Shown: in pieces, positions 24,100 through 36,606 of the stretch
Layout: every line of letters begins with the position of its first letter
Numbering within the stretch: the first letter of the stretch is position 1
Assembly (NCBI RefSeq): GCF_902713615.1
Contig: NC_052146.1
Span: 41,289,324-41,353,323 of the forward strand
Reading direction: 5' to 3'
Length of the DNA stretch: 64,000 nucleotides
Origin: Scyliorhinus canicula
Lineage: Eukaryota
Position numbers and translations under genes: made by a program
The notes under the pieces: generated by a model
Seen by the model: only the letters and a program-made list of their open reading frames with translations
Database searches by the model: none
What the model was told of the DNA's origin: nothing

Positions 24100-25960
24100 A
24101 GTTGCTACAGTACACCTGCAGCCATTTTCTGCAGTGATGGAGGGAATGAATGTTTAACATGGTGGTGTGGGTGCCAATCACGTGGCCTGCTTTGTCCTGA
24201 ATGATGTTGAACTACTTGAATGTTGTTGGAACTTCACCTGTTCAGCAAATCAGAGAGTATTCCATCACATTCCTTATAGATAGTGGACACGCTTTGAGTC
24301 GTCAGAAGGGGAGTCACTCGCTGCAGAATATTGAATCTTACCTGCTCTAGCAGCCACAGTATTTGTAAGGCTGGTCTAATTGAATTTCTAGTCAGTGGTG
24401 AGCCCCAGGATACTAATAGTAGGCAATTCAGTGCTGGTAATACTATTGAATATTAAAGGAAAAGTGCTTGGAATCTCTCTTGTTGGATTGGTCATTGAGT
24501 GATGCAAATATTATTTGCCATTATCAGTCCAAACCTGGACATGGTCCAGGTCTTGCTCCATACAGACAAGGGCTACTTCATTATCTACACAGTTGCAAAT
24601 GGAACTGAAGACTGTAATCATCACTGAATATCCCCACTTCTGATGGAAGGAAGGTAATGGAAGCATCTGAAGATGGTTGGTCCTAGGACCGCCTGTGCAA
24701 TATTCTGGGGCTGAAATGATTGGTTTCCAACTACAACCACTCTCTTTTGTGCTAACTATGGGTGGAATTCTTTGGCGATGCCCACCCAACGACTGGAAAT
24801 TCCCGATAAAGGTCAACGGACCGTTACATGGTCCCTGCCCCGTCCGTGGCGATCTTGCAATGAGTGCGGCCGAAGAATCCAGCCCTATAGCTCCAGCAAG
24901 TAAAGAATTTTCACCCTGATTTCCAATTGACTTTAATTTTGTGAGGGTTCCTTGATTCCACACTCAGTTGAATGCTGTGTGTCAAGGGCTATTAGCCTTT
25001 GGCATCCAATATCCAATTCATTGAACTAAGGCTATAATGAGGTCTGGAATGGAGTGGTCTGGTTGAATCCAAACTGGGGATCAGCGAGAAGGCTATTCAA
25101 GAGCAAGTGCTGCTTGATAACACTGTTGTCAACACGTTCTGTTATTTTGTTAATTATTGCGAATAGACAGGAGAAACTTTTTCTGGACAGTGGGCAGCAT
25201 AGTGGTTAGCACTGCTGCATCACAACGCCAGGGACCCAGGTTAGATTCCGCCTTGGTTGACTGTGTGGAGTTTGCACTTTCTCCCCGTGTCTGCGTGGGT
25301 TTCCTCCGGGTGCTCGTTTCCTTCCACAGTCCAAAGATGTGCAGGTTAGGTGGAATGACCGTGCTAAATTGCCCCTTAGTGTCCAAAAGGTTAAGTGGGG
25401 TTACAGGAAAAGGGTGGAGGTGAGGGCATAACTAGGGTACTCTTTCCAAGGGCCGATGCAGGCTTGATGAGCCGAATGGCCTCCTTCTGCACAGTAAATT
25501 CTATGATATAACTAGGTAATTTTCTACTTTGTTGGATAGATAGAAAACAGTATTGTAGAGGTGCAGGTGGGTCTGGAGAGAGATCTCCAACATGGTATCT
25601 GGGATGTTGTCAGGGCCTACTGTCAGTGTTGTTTCCCATGTACTTGGCCAATTTTAGATATCAGGTGAAGTGAAATAGACTGAAGACTGGAGCCGGAGCC
25701 TTGAAGACTAGAATAGGAGGCCAATATGGATCATCCAGTGGACATTTCTGGCTGAAGATGGCCACCAATGCCTCAGCCTTGTCTTTTTGACTGGTGTTGT
25801 GCTCTGCTATCATTGAGGGTGGAATGTTCATAAAGTCTCCACTTCCCATTAGTGGTCCATCGCCATTCATAGCTGGATGTGGCAGGGCTGCAAAACTTTG
25901 ATCAGATCCATTGGTTGTGGGATCACTCAGCATTTTGACTGTCTGCACAAGTTGCAAACC
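24100..25960 (-). mobile_element. Old CR1-clade fragments with nested MITE and HE1 SINE (~25192-25507)
   Basis: Similar to the 7020-7995 family in reverse orientation; KAEALVAIFSQKC peptide. Confidence 0.7.
24760..24885. mobile_element. Short MITE, possibly PIF/Harbinger-derived
   Basis: Termini GGGTGGAATTCT...AGAATCCAGCCC; 3-bp TAT duplication. Confidence 0.5.
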
Positions 25961-26268
25961 GGCATCAGCTAAAATGGGAACTGTTATGTTTATGGGGCAC
26001 AGCCTAGATTTAGATCAATATCCTGTTGGTTTAAAGAAGAAAGCAGGGTGTTTGTAATCATAATACAAGAATAATAAGATCAATTTGTTTTGCTTCATTT
26101 TTAATTAACCCATGACAGATTGCCATTTTAGGCATCCAAATTCATTGGTATCAAATGAAAAAATGGTAATTCCACTTCAAATACAGTTCCATACATGGTC
26201 CCATCATAGATGTCAATGAGGAGCCACCTGAACCTGAAGATTCAGTAATGAATAAGGTATTTGAGTAC

Positions 26269-26916
26269 TGCTGAAAAAGAGATATGCCATCCAAACTTTT
26301 CATATTGCACTCAGCTGGGCGGAATTATCAAGCCATAAAGATGCTCTGTCTACCACACAAATTAATAATGTGGTATATGTATTTCGGTGCCAGTGTGATG
26401 CCAGGTGTGTAGGCCGTACATTTCAATGAGTGATGGACAGCTCACAACAGGCTAGGTACTGACCATACCCAACCAGCCATGCTTACAAAGCTCATTGGAT
26501 ATGATTCTACAATTGGACACTTGCTAAACAATCCGATTGTGTCAAGAATTACATGAGCAACCAATTTATGATCATCAGTCAGGCTTGGAGCATGGCTCAC
26601 TTACGTGTGCAAGAAGCTACATATTCACAACAAAGGGCCCCTTCTTTTGAAAACAGAAAGAACATGTCACACATTGCACCTTTTCAACTAAAAGAAAGTT
26701 AGGGAACTCCTATTCTCTGTTACTTCCCCATGGCAATCCACTGATCAGTCAGTCAACATGGCAATGCCTCTATATCAGAATCCAGTTGCCAACCAAACAG
26801 CAGCCTCATCTCATGCAATATAAATTGTTGTTTCCTTTCAGATTTGGTATTTTTGCGAATCTATCCTGATGGGCGCAAGATGAAAAGTTTTGACAGCATG
26901 TTTCTTTTTTTCAGCA
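26269..26916 (+). mobile_element. Penelope-like retroelement remnant (GIY-YIG) with inverted terminal copy
   Basis: 26361 onward reads NNVVYVFRCQCDARCVGRT; 5' ~55 nt is the reverse complement of the 3' end. Confidence 0.75.
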
Positions 26917-27829
26917 TGAAGAATTGGGAGAAAGTTAATAAAATGGATAATAAAACAAGGCAGCTGTCTGAAGAGATTTTGAAATACAAATTAGCATATC
27001 AGTGAGAAAAGCAAATGTTTACCAATATGACTAGGAGAAAACAATGGGGTATAGAAGAGGTAACTTCAAAATGGAGAGACAAGGAAATTCACATGTAAAT
27101 GCTAAAAGCTGGATCCACAGGGTGAATAACATCAAAGGGGAAGAGTGATATATAGATAGCACATTAACTGGAGAAAGGAGACACAATAGCAGCTACCATC
27201 ATAACCACGCAAAACTACAGAATCAGTCTCCCTAAAAGAAATGATTGCTAAACAGGCAACTGGTTAAGATCGAAAATGAACTGATGGAAGTAAAAATAGG
27301 AGTTGCCGCCTCCAAAGAAGTTAAGACAATTTTTTGATTGGAGAGGTGGTCAGGGTTCCCTCGGCAGTTTGCTTGGGGGATGCCATTTCCTGTTTTTTTT
27401 TCTTCCATCTCCCTCCCTGTTTACTGAAATTTGGTGTATAAGTTTCTCAGTCGTCTCTCTTGTGAAAATGTAGGTAGGAAAAATAAATAAATAAATAAAA
27501 ATGGGGTGAAGGTGGAGGAGAGTGTTCACAGCCTGAAGTTGCTGAAAATAGTAAGTCCCTGCCTAAGTGAAGGACAGGCATGAGACGGTGAGTTGAAATG
27601 GCAAGCAGCAGGAAGGTCTGGGTCCCTCAGAAATGGAAATAGAGGTATCAAGGAAGGGAAGAGAAGTGTCAGAGATGTCTATGTGAAGATGATAGAGGGA
27701 TGGAAATTGGAAGCAAAATTAATAGATTTTCCAGGTCCTGAGGGGAACATGAAGCAGCATCGAAAATCGCCAATATACTGATAAAAGAGTTGTGGGACGG
27801 GGTCGGAATAGGATTGGAAGAGGGAATGT

Positions 27830-29335
27830 CGACACTATTCTTTTCCAATGGTAGCGAGTTCGACATTCTCACCAATATTTGAGCAAAGAAGTTTCTTCTG
27901 AATTCACTATTGGATTTCTTGGGGACCATTGTATATTGATGTCCTCTAGGTATGTTCTTCCCCACTACATCCACTATTAAATCCTTTCATAATTTGAATT
28001 TCTTCTATTAGGTCACCACTTTACCTTGTTTTAACAAGCGAAGAGAGACCCTGCTTGTTCATGCTTTACTGATATGTATACCTAGGCATTTCTGTTATCA
28101 TCCTTGTATTTCTTCTTTGCCTCAATGTACTTTTTACACTATGGAGACCAAAACTGCACATCATACTTTCAAAGTGTAGTCTAGACATGATTCGGTAGAG
28201 GACTTCCCTACTTTACAATTATATCCCTCTAGAAATAAACTAGTTTGGTTTGTTTTTTATGGTCTTACTAACCTGACGTGCAACTCTGTTGAACACTGTT
28301 TTAAATGTCTTCTATAGTGTTTCTATTTTTTTCCATTTGCCAATATGGCTGCCCATTTTATCTTTTCAAGTTATATTCTCAGCTCCTCAATATCACTTTT
28401 CCTCCAATTCATGAACTTGTTTGTTGACATACTTAAATCCTTCTTTATCACCATTTTAAAGATTATGTTAGGGTCACTATTGCCTAAATGTCCCCACTTT
28501 TCCTTCTCTTATCTGCACTGGTTAATTCTCCATTACTTGATCCAATAGTAAATATTCCCTTGTTGGACTCTAAAGGAATCTGGCATACCATGTGGGAACC
28601 CTCATCTCCTTTACCTACTTCTGTCCAATTAAAAGCAGGGTAGGTGAAACCCCCTGGATTATTATTCAATGTTTGTTTTACTCAATTCTTTACACATACT
28701 GCATATTTCTGCCTTTACCTCCGTTCCACTATTAGGTAGACTGTACCTTTTTTTTAATTATGTGGGCGTCGCTAATTCAGCCAGCATTTATTGCCCATCC
28801 CTAGCTACCCTCAGAAGGTGGTGGTGAATTTCCTTCTTGAACCATTGCAGTCCTCGAGATGTAGGTACACCCAAGTGTCGTTAGGGAGGGAGTTCCAGGA
28901 TTTTGATCCAGCAACAGTGAAGGAATGGCAATATCTTTCCAAGTCAGGAAGGTGAGTGACTTGGAGGGGAAACTCCAGGTAGTGGGGTTCCTAGTCATCT
29001 GCTGCTCGTCCTTCTAGATGGTATTGGTCATGGGTTTGGAAGGTGCTAAGGAACCTCGGCGCGTTCCCGCAGTGCATCTTGTAGTACACATGGCTACCAC
29101 TGTTCGTCAGTGGGGTAGGGGTTGAATGTTTGTGGAAGGGGTATCAATCAGATCGGCTGTTTTGTCCTGGATAGTGTCAAGCTTCTTGTGTTGTTGTTGG
29201 AGCTGCACTCATCCAGGCAAGTGTTCCATTACACTCCTAACTTGTGCCTTGTAGATAGATGGTAAACAGATTTTTTTTGGGGGGGGGGGGGTCCTAGCCT
29301 TTTAGTGTGCTGCCTAAGGAACCTTGGCGAGTTCC
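27830..29335 (-). mobile_element. Degenerate CR1 fragments
   Basis: EFRRNFFAQ and GGFTYPAFNW-like remnants; second-family 3' end at ~28750. Confidence 0.65.
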
Positions 29336-29603
29336 TATTAGTGTGGCAGGTCTAGCCTACAAACCACTTTATATTGGTAGAGGAAAAAATATGCAATGTA
29401 GGACCAAAATCGATTCAGCAGCTACCCAGTTCTGTAGAGAATTTAAATGATAGGCGTTCACAGGACAAAAGTATATTTCAAAAATATTCTAACGAAGTTG
29501 AAGGAGTTGACAGAAGAAAAAAATACAAGGTGAGGAATACTTCTTGAAAGTAGCTTCCCCACCCATGTTTTCATCCTCCTTCAAGCAATAAGCAAATGTT
29601 ATT

Positions 29604-29833
29604 AGAAGCAAATTACTACGGATGCTGGAATCTGAAACCAAAGAGAAAATGCTGGAAAATCTCAGCAGTTCTGGCAGCATGTGCAGGGAGAGAAAAGAGC
29701 TAACGCTTTGAGTCCAGATGACCCTTTGTCACATTGACAAAAGGGTCATCTGGACTCAAAATGTCAGCTCTTTTCTCTCCCTACAGATGCTGCCAGGCCT
29801 GCTGAGATTTTCCAGCATTTTCTCTTTGGCAGA
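29604..29833. mobile_element. Penelope-derived palindromic insertion (second family)
   Basis: Near-perfect arms 29638-29731 and 29735-29829; degenerate TGACAAA-GGGTC/GACTC-AAAA hammerhead-like core. Confidence 0.7.
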
Positions 29834-29862
29834 AAATGTTGTTACTCTTTGATGAATCTTAC

Positions 29863-30067
29863 CTTGTTGGAAAGTCTAGTTCCTTTTTTTCCATCTTTCC
29901 ATCTAGATCTAAAGAGGTTAATTCCATATCGGTGTCTTCTCTTTCTGCTGTCTTGGAAGATATCTTTTCATAGCTTTGGTAATACTGCTGTAAAGCTGTG
30001 TAAAGCTTATAAACCTGACTGAAGGACAGTTTGTTGTAAGCCAAGATCATGTGCCGCAAGAACAGAC
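29863..30067 (-). CDS. ANAPC5: ANAPC5 exon 4 (205 nt)
   Basis: GLFLRHMILAYNKLSFSQVYKLYTALQQYY...ELDFPTR; AG/GT boundaries. Confidence 0.95.
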
Positions 30068-31529
30068 CTACAGGAATATTAAGAATTCGTGACCCAACTG
30101 ACTTCCATGTATTTTCAAACTGTTGTCCTGGACACAAGATAATTAGTACAGAATATAATCAGTAAAACTGATCATTCTAAATTAAGTTTGATTAGAAATT
30201 TACATTCTGGGAGTGAATTTGTGGCAGTATTAACATTTCCAACCTGGAAAGTTATGGGTGCATGCCCCAGTGTAGCCAGCCCTAGCAAGTGGAGATGAGA
30301 TCTTTGGGGTCCAAATACTAGGTTGTCATCTCACTGAATATTCAGGTCTGCTGAGACAGTGAGCAGAGGACCAGAACTCCAGCCTCTCGATACTGGATTC
30401 ACATCCAGCGTGTTACTCAGCCACTTTTCTCTAGTGAGGGAGCTGAAAGTCAAGTTATCAACTTGACATTTTATCAAGTTACTAAAGAGGGAATTTGTTA
30501 CCTTATCTGTTGAGTTACGGAAGCAGTAATTTTTCCTACTGCAAAACTATCATTTCTTTTGAATAAGAAGGATATTGTAAATAAAAAATAAACATTGTTT
30601 GACAATTCTATTCACTCTGCAAAATCTTCCAACTTTAGTGGCTTCCTTTTTTAAAAAGGAGGAGCCATGGGGTACATTATAAAATGGGAATAACAAAAAG
30701 ATGATGGCAATGTGCAAATAAAACACCGACGCCCAATCAATAGCTGTGGCAATGATCCCAAACATAATTCCTCCTCATAAATCAATATCCACTAGTACAC
30801 ACAAAGTGCAGCAAAAAAGAGGAACCGTGGTAAGTCAGAGGAAAATCTTTAACTGTATGCAGCAATGGGGCTGGTTTAGCACAGGGCTAAAGAGCTGGCT
30901 TTTAAAGCAGACCAAGGCAGGCCAGCAGCACGGTTCAATTCCCATACCAGCCTCCCTGAACAGGTGCCGGAATGTGGTGACGAAGGGCTTTTCACAGTAA
31001 CTTCATCTGAAGCCTACTTGTGACAATAAGCGATTCAATGGAATTGTGGACAGACGAGAAAATTTTCTTGAACCTAACGTTCCAGGTCATACATCAGCAG
31101 TTCCAGCAATGGTTAATATTGCCTGCAGAAGCACAATAATCAGCTGGGAACTTTCAAGTCATTCACCAATCTCCATAATTTTTCACAAGGATTTTGTCAC
31201 AAGGCAAATATTTGAAATTGCCGTTTTTTTCATCTGCTACCAACGAATTTGGGACTTAATTACCTAAAAAGGCAATCTTCCACAGGACCGTAAAAATTAA
31301 CATTTTTCAAATCTTTTAAATTTAGGTGGTTATTTGATTAATACACTCCACTCTTTTTTTAAAAAGCAGGTTGATCAAACATTCTAGTCTGTGCTGTATA
31401 AACATCACAGTTCCCAGTGATGCATTTTAGCAAAGTGAGAATACTTGTGATGATTACAGATCTTTGTAACTTGTGCTGTGATTCATTGGGATAAGAAATA
31501 TTTAATGGTCAAATATTTAAATTTCGTAC

Positions 31530-31639
31530 CTATGACACTTGTCTTGTGAACTGCTGGTTCTGTCCCACTGAAAACATTTTGTAGGGAATAAAAGAAGTTT
31601 TCCATATCTTTCAATTCCCCTTCAGCCATTAACTTCACT
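31530..31639 (-). CDS. ANAPC5: ANAPC5 exon 3 (110 nt)
   Basis: ttttag|VKLMAEGELKDMENFFYSLQNVFSGTEPAVHKTSVI|gtacg. Confidence 0.95.
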
Positions 31640-32998
31640 CTAAAAGGACAAATTGGATATTTATACTATTCATATGTATTTTTAGAAGAGAAAATTAAAT
31701 TAATGCATCAGTTTTGTTAAAGAGACAATCTACATTTATTTCAATGCAATTACAGTAAGCTGTCACGATTTCAAAAACGAGTAATGAAATTGTCCTTCCT
31801 ATACCTTCATTGAGCACATCGTCCTGCTCCATATTTTGATTCATAGCCTAGATTAATTTTGTAATTGAACAATTAAATCAAAATAATTTGGTTTGTAGCT
31901 TGCCTTTCCCACAGGATCAAGTTAATTTCCCTCCCATTGTTTGAGCATATAGGATTAAAGCACCACCTTCCTGCTCTCATTATTTTACAAAAACACTACC
32001 CCAGAATGTTAAACTAATTTCTACCTTCCGGATTTAGCCATTTTTCTGTGACTCCCACCATATCATTGGTCACACCATCCTGCAGTTCATGCATCTTGTT
32101 TTAATGCTTCTAATATTAGTGCATTAATATTGACCCAGATTTTGCAGTCAATGGTTAAATGACTGGCCTCACGTTAACCTCAAAGGCAGCTGCCCAAAAG
32201 GATCTTGTGAGATCTGTGGATTGATTTCATCTTTTCCAACATTAATTTCCTGGTGCCAACTATAGACAACCTCTGGTGTCCAACAATAGTGAAACCATCA
32301 AGCAAGTTAAGCAGCTAACTCCATTGAAGAATTCTTGCAGACTGCAAACCAGGAAGTAACAAGCAGGTTTAAAGGGATCAAGGGGTATGGAGAGAAAGTG
32401 GGAGTGGGATACTGAATTTGCATGATCAGCCATGATCATATCGAATGGTTGAGCAGGCTCGAAGGGCCTACTCCTGCCCCTATTTTCTATGTTTATAATT
32501 TTATTTCACTTTTTATAATTTTACAGAAAGCAAAATAATGATTGGGACATAGACATGGGATTAAGCTAGAAGATGGAATGTAGATACATTTTAAAATATT
32601 GAATTACTGCAAAAAATCTAAAAGAACTATCGTGTAATTGGGAAACTTGACAATCCGCAAATATCAAGTTAGCTGCTCAGGATCAGAAAGATTGTTCAGC
32701 AGGAACTATAATTTAGCAGTCTATTAAAGACCCTGTTACACCTCACGCAATATTCAAAGTTTTAAAGAAGTTTATAGTGTCAACAGTGGGAGCTTTAATT
32801 TTGTGATTTCTAGATGATTTTCTTTGCAAGAACGTCAACAGCACATCCTGTGGAGGAGCAGGCAATCTCTGACGGCAACTTCTGGAATTCCACATTTAAC
32901 TGCACATCATAGCTTTCAGTTTCACAGAGTGATGATTCTAAATGTCGTCAGCTTGTGTTATTAGAACTGCAAATTATTGCCATTATAGATTTTCTTAC

Positions 32999-33078
32999 CT
33001 TGTACTGACAGCACTCGCTAATTTTGGACAACATTCTCCAATGGTCTTAAGCAACTGTAGTAATGTCATATCTGGACC
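32999..33078 (-). CDS. ANAPC5: ANAPC5 exon 2 (80 nt)
   Basis: ag|GPDMTLLQLLKTIGECCPKLASAVSTR|gtaag; the preceding intron is only 92 nt. Confidence 0.95.
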
Positions 33079-33170
33079 CTGTAACAAAGTATTAAGATAT
33101 GTTTAACCCTAACTAATACAGAGAAAACACAATAGATTTCAAACAAATGCATCACCAAGAAGTAACGTAC

Positions 33171-33383
33171 CTGTAGCAATGGTAAGTTCAATTTGTTCAT
33201 GTGAAGACGTCTGGTTTCAACTTCTGGAGTCCCTTGTTCTTTAGAAGTGGCCATTTCGTGCAACAAAACCAGGATTGCGATTTTGTGTGGGGTGACCCAA
33301 TCTTTGATACCAAAAATATTTGCATGAACCACACCGTTGGCCATCATGGGATTGAAAAACATACTCTCGTGAACGCTGGCCAT
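33171..33383 (-). CDS. ANAPC5: Anaphase-promoting complex subunit 5, coding exon 1
   Basis: MASVHESMFFNPMMANGVVHANIFGIKDWVTPHKIA... matches the vertebrate APC5 N-terminus; ends CAG|gtacgt. Confidence 0.97.
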
Positions 33384-33479
33384 GATAACTAGCAGTTAAT
33401 TGTGGAATTAAATACCAAAGCGACGATCACGGGTTAAGAAAAACAATTAAACCAACTGAAGTTCTCCAAGAACATAAAA

Positions 33480-33810
33480 ACCCACAATATCCCAGAGCCC
33501 ACAATCACACCAGGCCTGTTGAAATCGGCGTTGCATATACGTATATGTAAGGGGTTCGATTCGTCAAAGACATTTCCCTTCAACATGGAGAGTCATTCCT
33601 GCAACGAGACAATAACACGCTAAATTCAAGACACAATCCCTTTAGTCCTAACCTGTCATTTGTAAAATTTGGAAATTAGGACAAATCTGCCGCGCAACAA
33701 ATCAACCCCCTCCCACCGGCAGCAGCCTCGCCAATCGATGAACGATCGAGGCATCCGGTCGATTGGCTCTAGCCTGGATTTGTTAGGTCTGAAAGCGTCA
33801 ACGTCAGAAT
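33480..33810 (-). promoter_or_regulatory. Probable ANAPC5 promoter
   Basis: Locally CpG-enriched unique sequence upstream of the ATG; CCAAT at 33731-33735 and ATTGG at 33762-33766. Confidence 0.55.
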
Positions 33811-33961
33811 TGGAATGTGTCAAGGGAGCAAGATAAGACAAGTGACATTTCAACCTACACGGAACTGTTTAACGCTTCGAAATGGGATATTTTGGACATC
33901 TCTCAAAAGAAGGACATAACCAGAGACATTATAACAATAACTTATAATTATATCGAAATAA

Positions 33962-34350
33962 ATACTTGCTTTTATATGGCACCTTTCACACAGGAGGACA
34001 TCTCAAAGTTTATCAGGTACTTTTGAAATGTAGTCACTGTCGTGTCGGAATTAAAGTGGTAGCCGATATGCATTTGGAAACCACTCACAAACAGCTAATA
34101 ACTAAATACATAAAACATAATAACTAAATTATGTTTTTTGTGATGTTGTCTATTAAATGACTCCCCACTTTTCTTTCAAATCGATGCATGGGATATTTTA
34201 CTTCCATCTTGGGAGGACAGTTTGTTTAATTTGAAAGAACACAACAGCTCAGCGCTCATTCTGTACTGCACTGCCTTGTTTTTGTGCTCAAGTCCTGGAG
34301 CGGGTCCATCTGAACCGGCAACCATCTGACTCAGAGAGTTACCAACTGCA
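33962..34350 (-). mobile_element. Old DeuSINE (SacSINE1/AmnSINE1-like)
   Basis: catgggatattttac..ctgtactgcactg..tgtgctcaagtcctggag..tctgactcagag blocks typical of Deu-domain SINEs. Confidence 0.6.
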
Positions 34351-34445
34351 TCACTGTTGGTGCTAGGGGTGTGGACGGGACAGAGTTTGTAAGGAGTTTG
34401 TACTGGATCTGGCATTGGGGAATGAACCCAGCCAGGTGGTCGACG

Positions 34446-36606
34446 CAGTGGCGGACTGGGTCTAAAAATATTGGTTGCCAGGAGACAAAGGGGGCCCACC
34501 CACAACTACAATGCTATCATTTAATTTTCATAATGAATAAATAAAATTTTCAAAAATTACATATGGAAAAAAGGGTACAATTAAAATGTTTGTGGAAAAA
34601 ATGTGTATTTCTTAGTAATTACAGTGTACATGTACTGTACATATTACTGGCAGTAGATACCAAATGTGAATACAGAATGTTATAATTGAATTTTTTTTTA
34701 ATTTTAAGTAATTGGTTGATATTTTTAAATAGTTTACTGCAGAATTTACACATTAACAGATAGTTCAAAAGCACAATAGAGCATTGCATGCAGTCCACTA
34801 TATTAAGAGCAATCGTTTGTGTTCGCTAGATGATTGTGCGAATCTGCCAATAATTGCTTCTGCATCCAATTCATCTAACAATTCCTTTTCAATGGATAGC
34901 AAGATGTATGATTCCAAATTCTCATCAGACAGCGAATTTCGGAACCTTGTCTTTATGATCTTTAGCTTTGAAAATGTCCTCTCACATTGGACTTGAGTAA
35001 CTGATAGTGTGCAGATGACTTTATAAAGTTCATAAAAGTTATCATATGCCTTGTCATGAAGTCTGTTGGATGTCAGAATTTTTAGTACACACGATGGGCA
35101 AGTGCTGCAAATTTTACAATTGTTGCAACTGGAATCCATATTTTCACCATCATTAAGCAATAGCTTTAATACGTCAAAGTTTGAAGCAAAAGAAAACAAT
35201 TCCAATATTACTTGATCTTTGCTGATTTGTGGAAACAGCTTAATAATACCTTCCAATGCTTCATCTTCAAGGCCCTTCTCTGCAATAGTTTTAAACTTTG
35301 CTGGGTCCAAGCAAGACAAATCTTTATACAACTGTTTGTGTTGTACAAAGCGTGATTCTAGTGACTGGACAATGCAATCCATTATTAGGTTAAACACATT
35401 TACTCAAAAATCAGCTAGAGAATCTGAGGAATTTCTTTCATCATCAATAAGCTCATCTGCCATTCTTTTCTTCTTCCTCTGCCTCTTAACTGGCAATGCT
35501 GTTTCCAATGCATCAATTTCCAATGTTTGATTTTCATCCATATTCATCTGTGAAATCCTGTCATTACATTTATTTACAAATTCCAAAGCCTTGCTGTGAA
35601 CGTTATCAAATGTTCTTGTCTGTTCCTTCAACTTTGTTGTAGCTGAATCTACCAAACTCCATGCAGTAAACATATCTAAACCACTTGTCTGTAGATAACT
35701 TGATAACGGGGTTGTAGTTTCAAATATATACAAGTAAGTAAATGCTGTCAATATGGTTTCAAACTTTAGAAGACTTTGAAGTAAAACATTTGCTTCATGT
35801 TTTGTTTTTGCATCAAACTTTTCTGAATCTTGTATCATTGATAAGCATGTCAATAGATTTACGAAAGTACTGGCAGCGGCTTAATCAAAACGTCCAAATA
35901 TAGTTGTTGCTGCATTGGATTTTCCTGACCATCTGGTCTCACCAATTAGCTTTAATCATTTCATTTTTTCTTGTCCTAGATGTTTTCCAACAACTTCTAT
36001 CCATACAGCCATTCTCTTGTATGATGCTTTCACAAAAGTTGCTATATTCTGGAGCAAATTGAAAAAAGAAACTGCAGGCACACAACATTTTGTTGTTTCA
36101 GTTATCACCAAATTCAAGACATGGGCATAGCACCATATATGAACATGTTGATCAGCCACATCAGCAATTTTACTTTGTAAACCATTATACTGGCCATGGT
36201 AGCTTGCAGCGCCATCTGTGCTATCAGATAAACATTTTTGGGGGCCCCGGACCGATGTACCGGCTGAACCAAGAGCTTGATATCCTTTGAAGTTGCCGAC
36301 CATCTCAAATCACGAATTGTAACTTTATCTTTAAATTCACACACTCTTGCTGAAAACATGGAATTTCCTTAATTATGCCCGACCCGGGCCCCCCTATTCC
36401 ACATCCTTCCACTACCTCCCCTGCTTCGTTCCTTTTCATGCACTGCTTATTTGTGTCCTGTTCCCTTTTTTTCTTATTCCTTTTTATTACTAAAACAGTT
36501 GTCTGTGTTTGTTTCTTTATTGCATTTTTATTTGATATAGGGGGCCCACTTCATCAGGGGCCCACTTGCCGTCGGGCAAGCTGACACCCTGGCCAGTCCG
36601 CCACTG
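34446..36606 (-). mobile_element. hAT (Tip100-like) DNA transposon with disrupted transposase
   Basis: TIR CAGTGGCGGACTGG at both ends; 8-bp TSD GGTCGACG/GGTCAACG; STDGAA, HIWCYAHVLNL, CERTFSKLKIIK (hAT dimerization) motifs. Confidence 0.93.

Noticed and set aside
34798-36303. Domesticated ZMYM/ZBED-like host gene
   Set aside because: Frameshifted, internally deleted and still bounded by TIRs and a TSD
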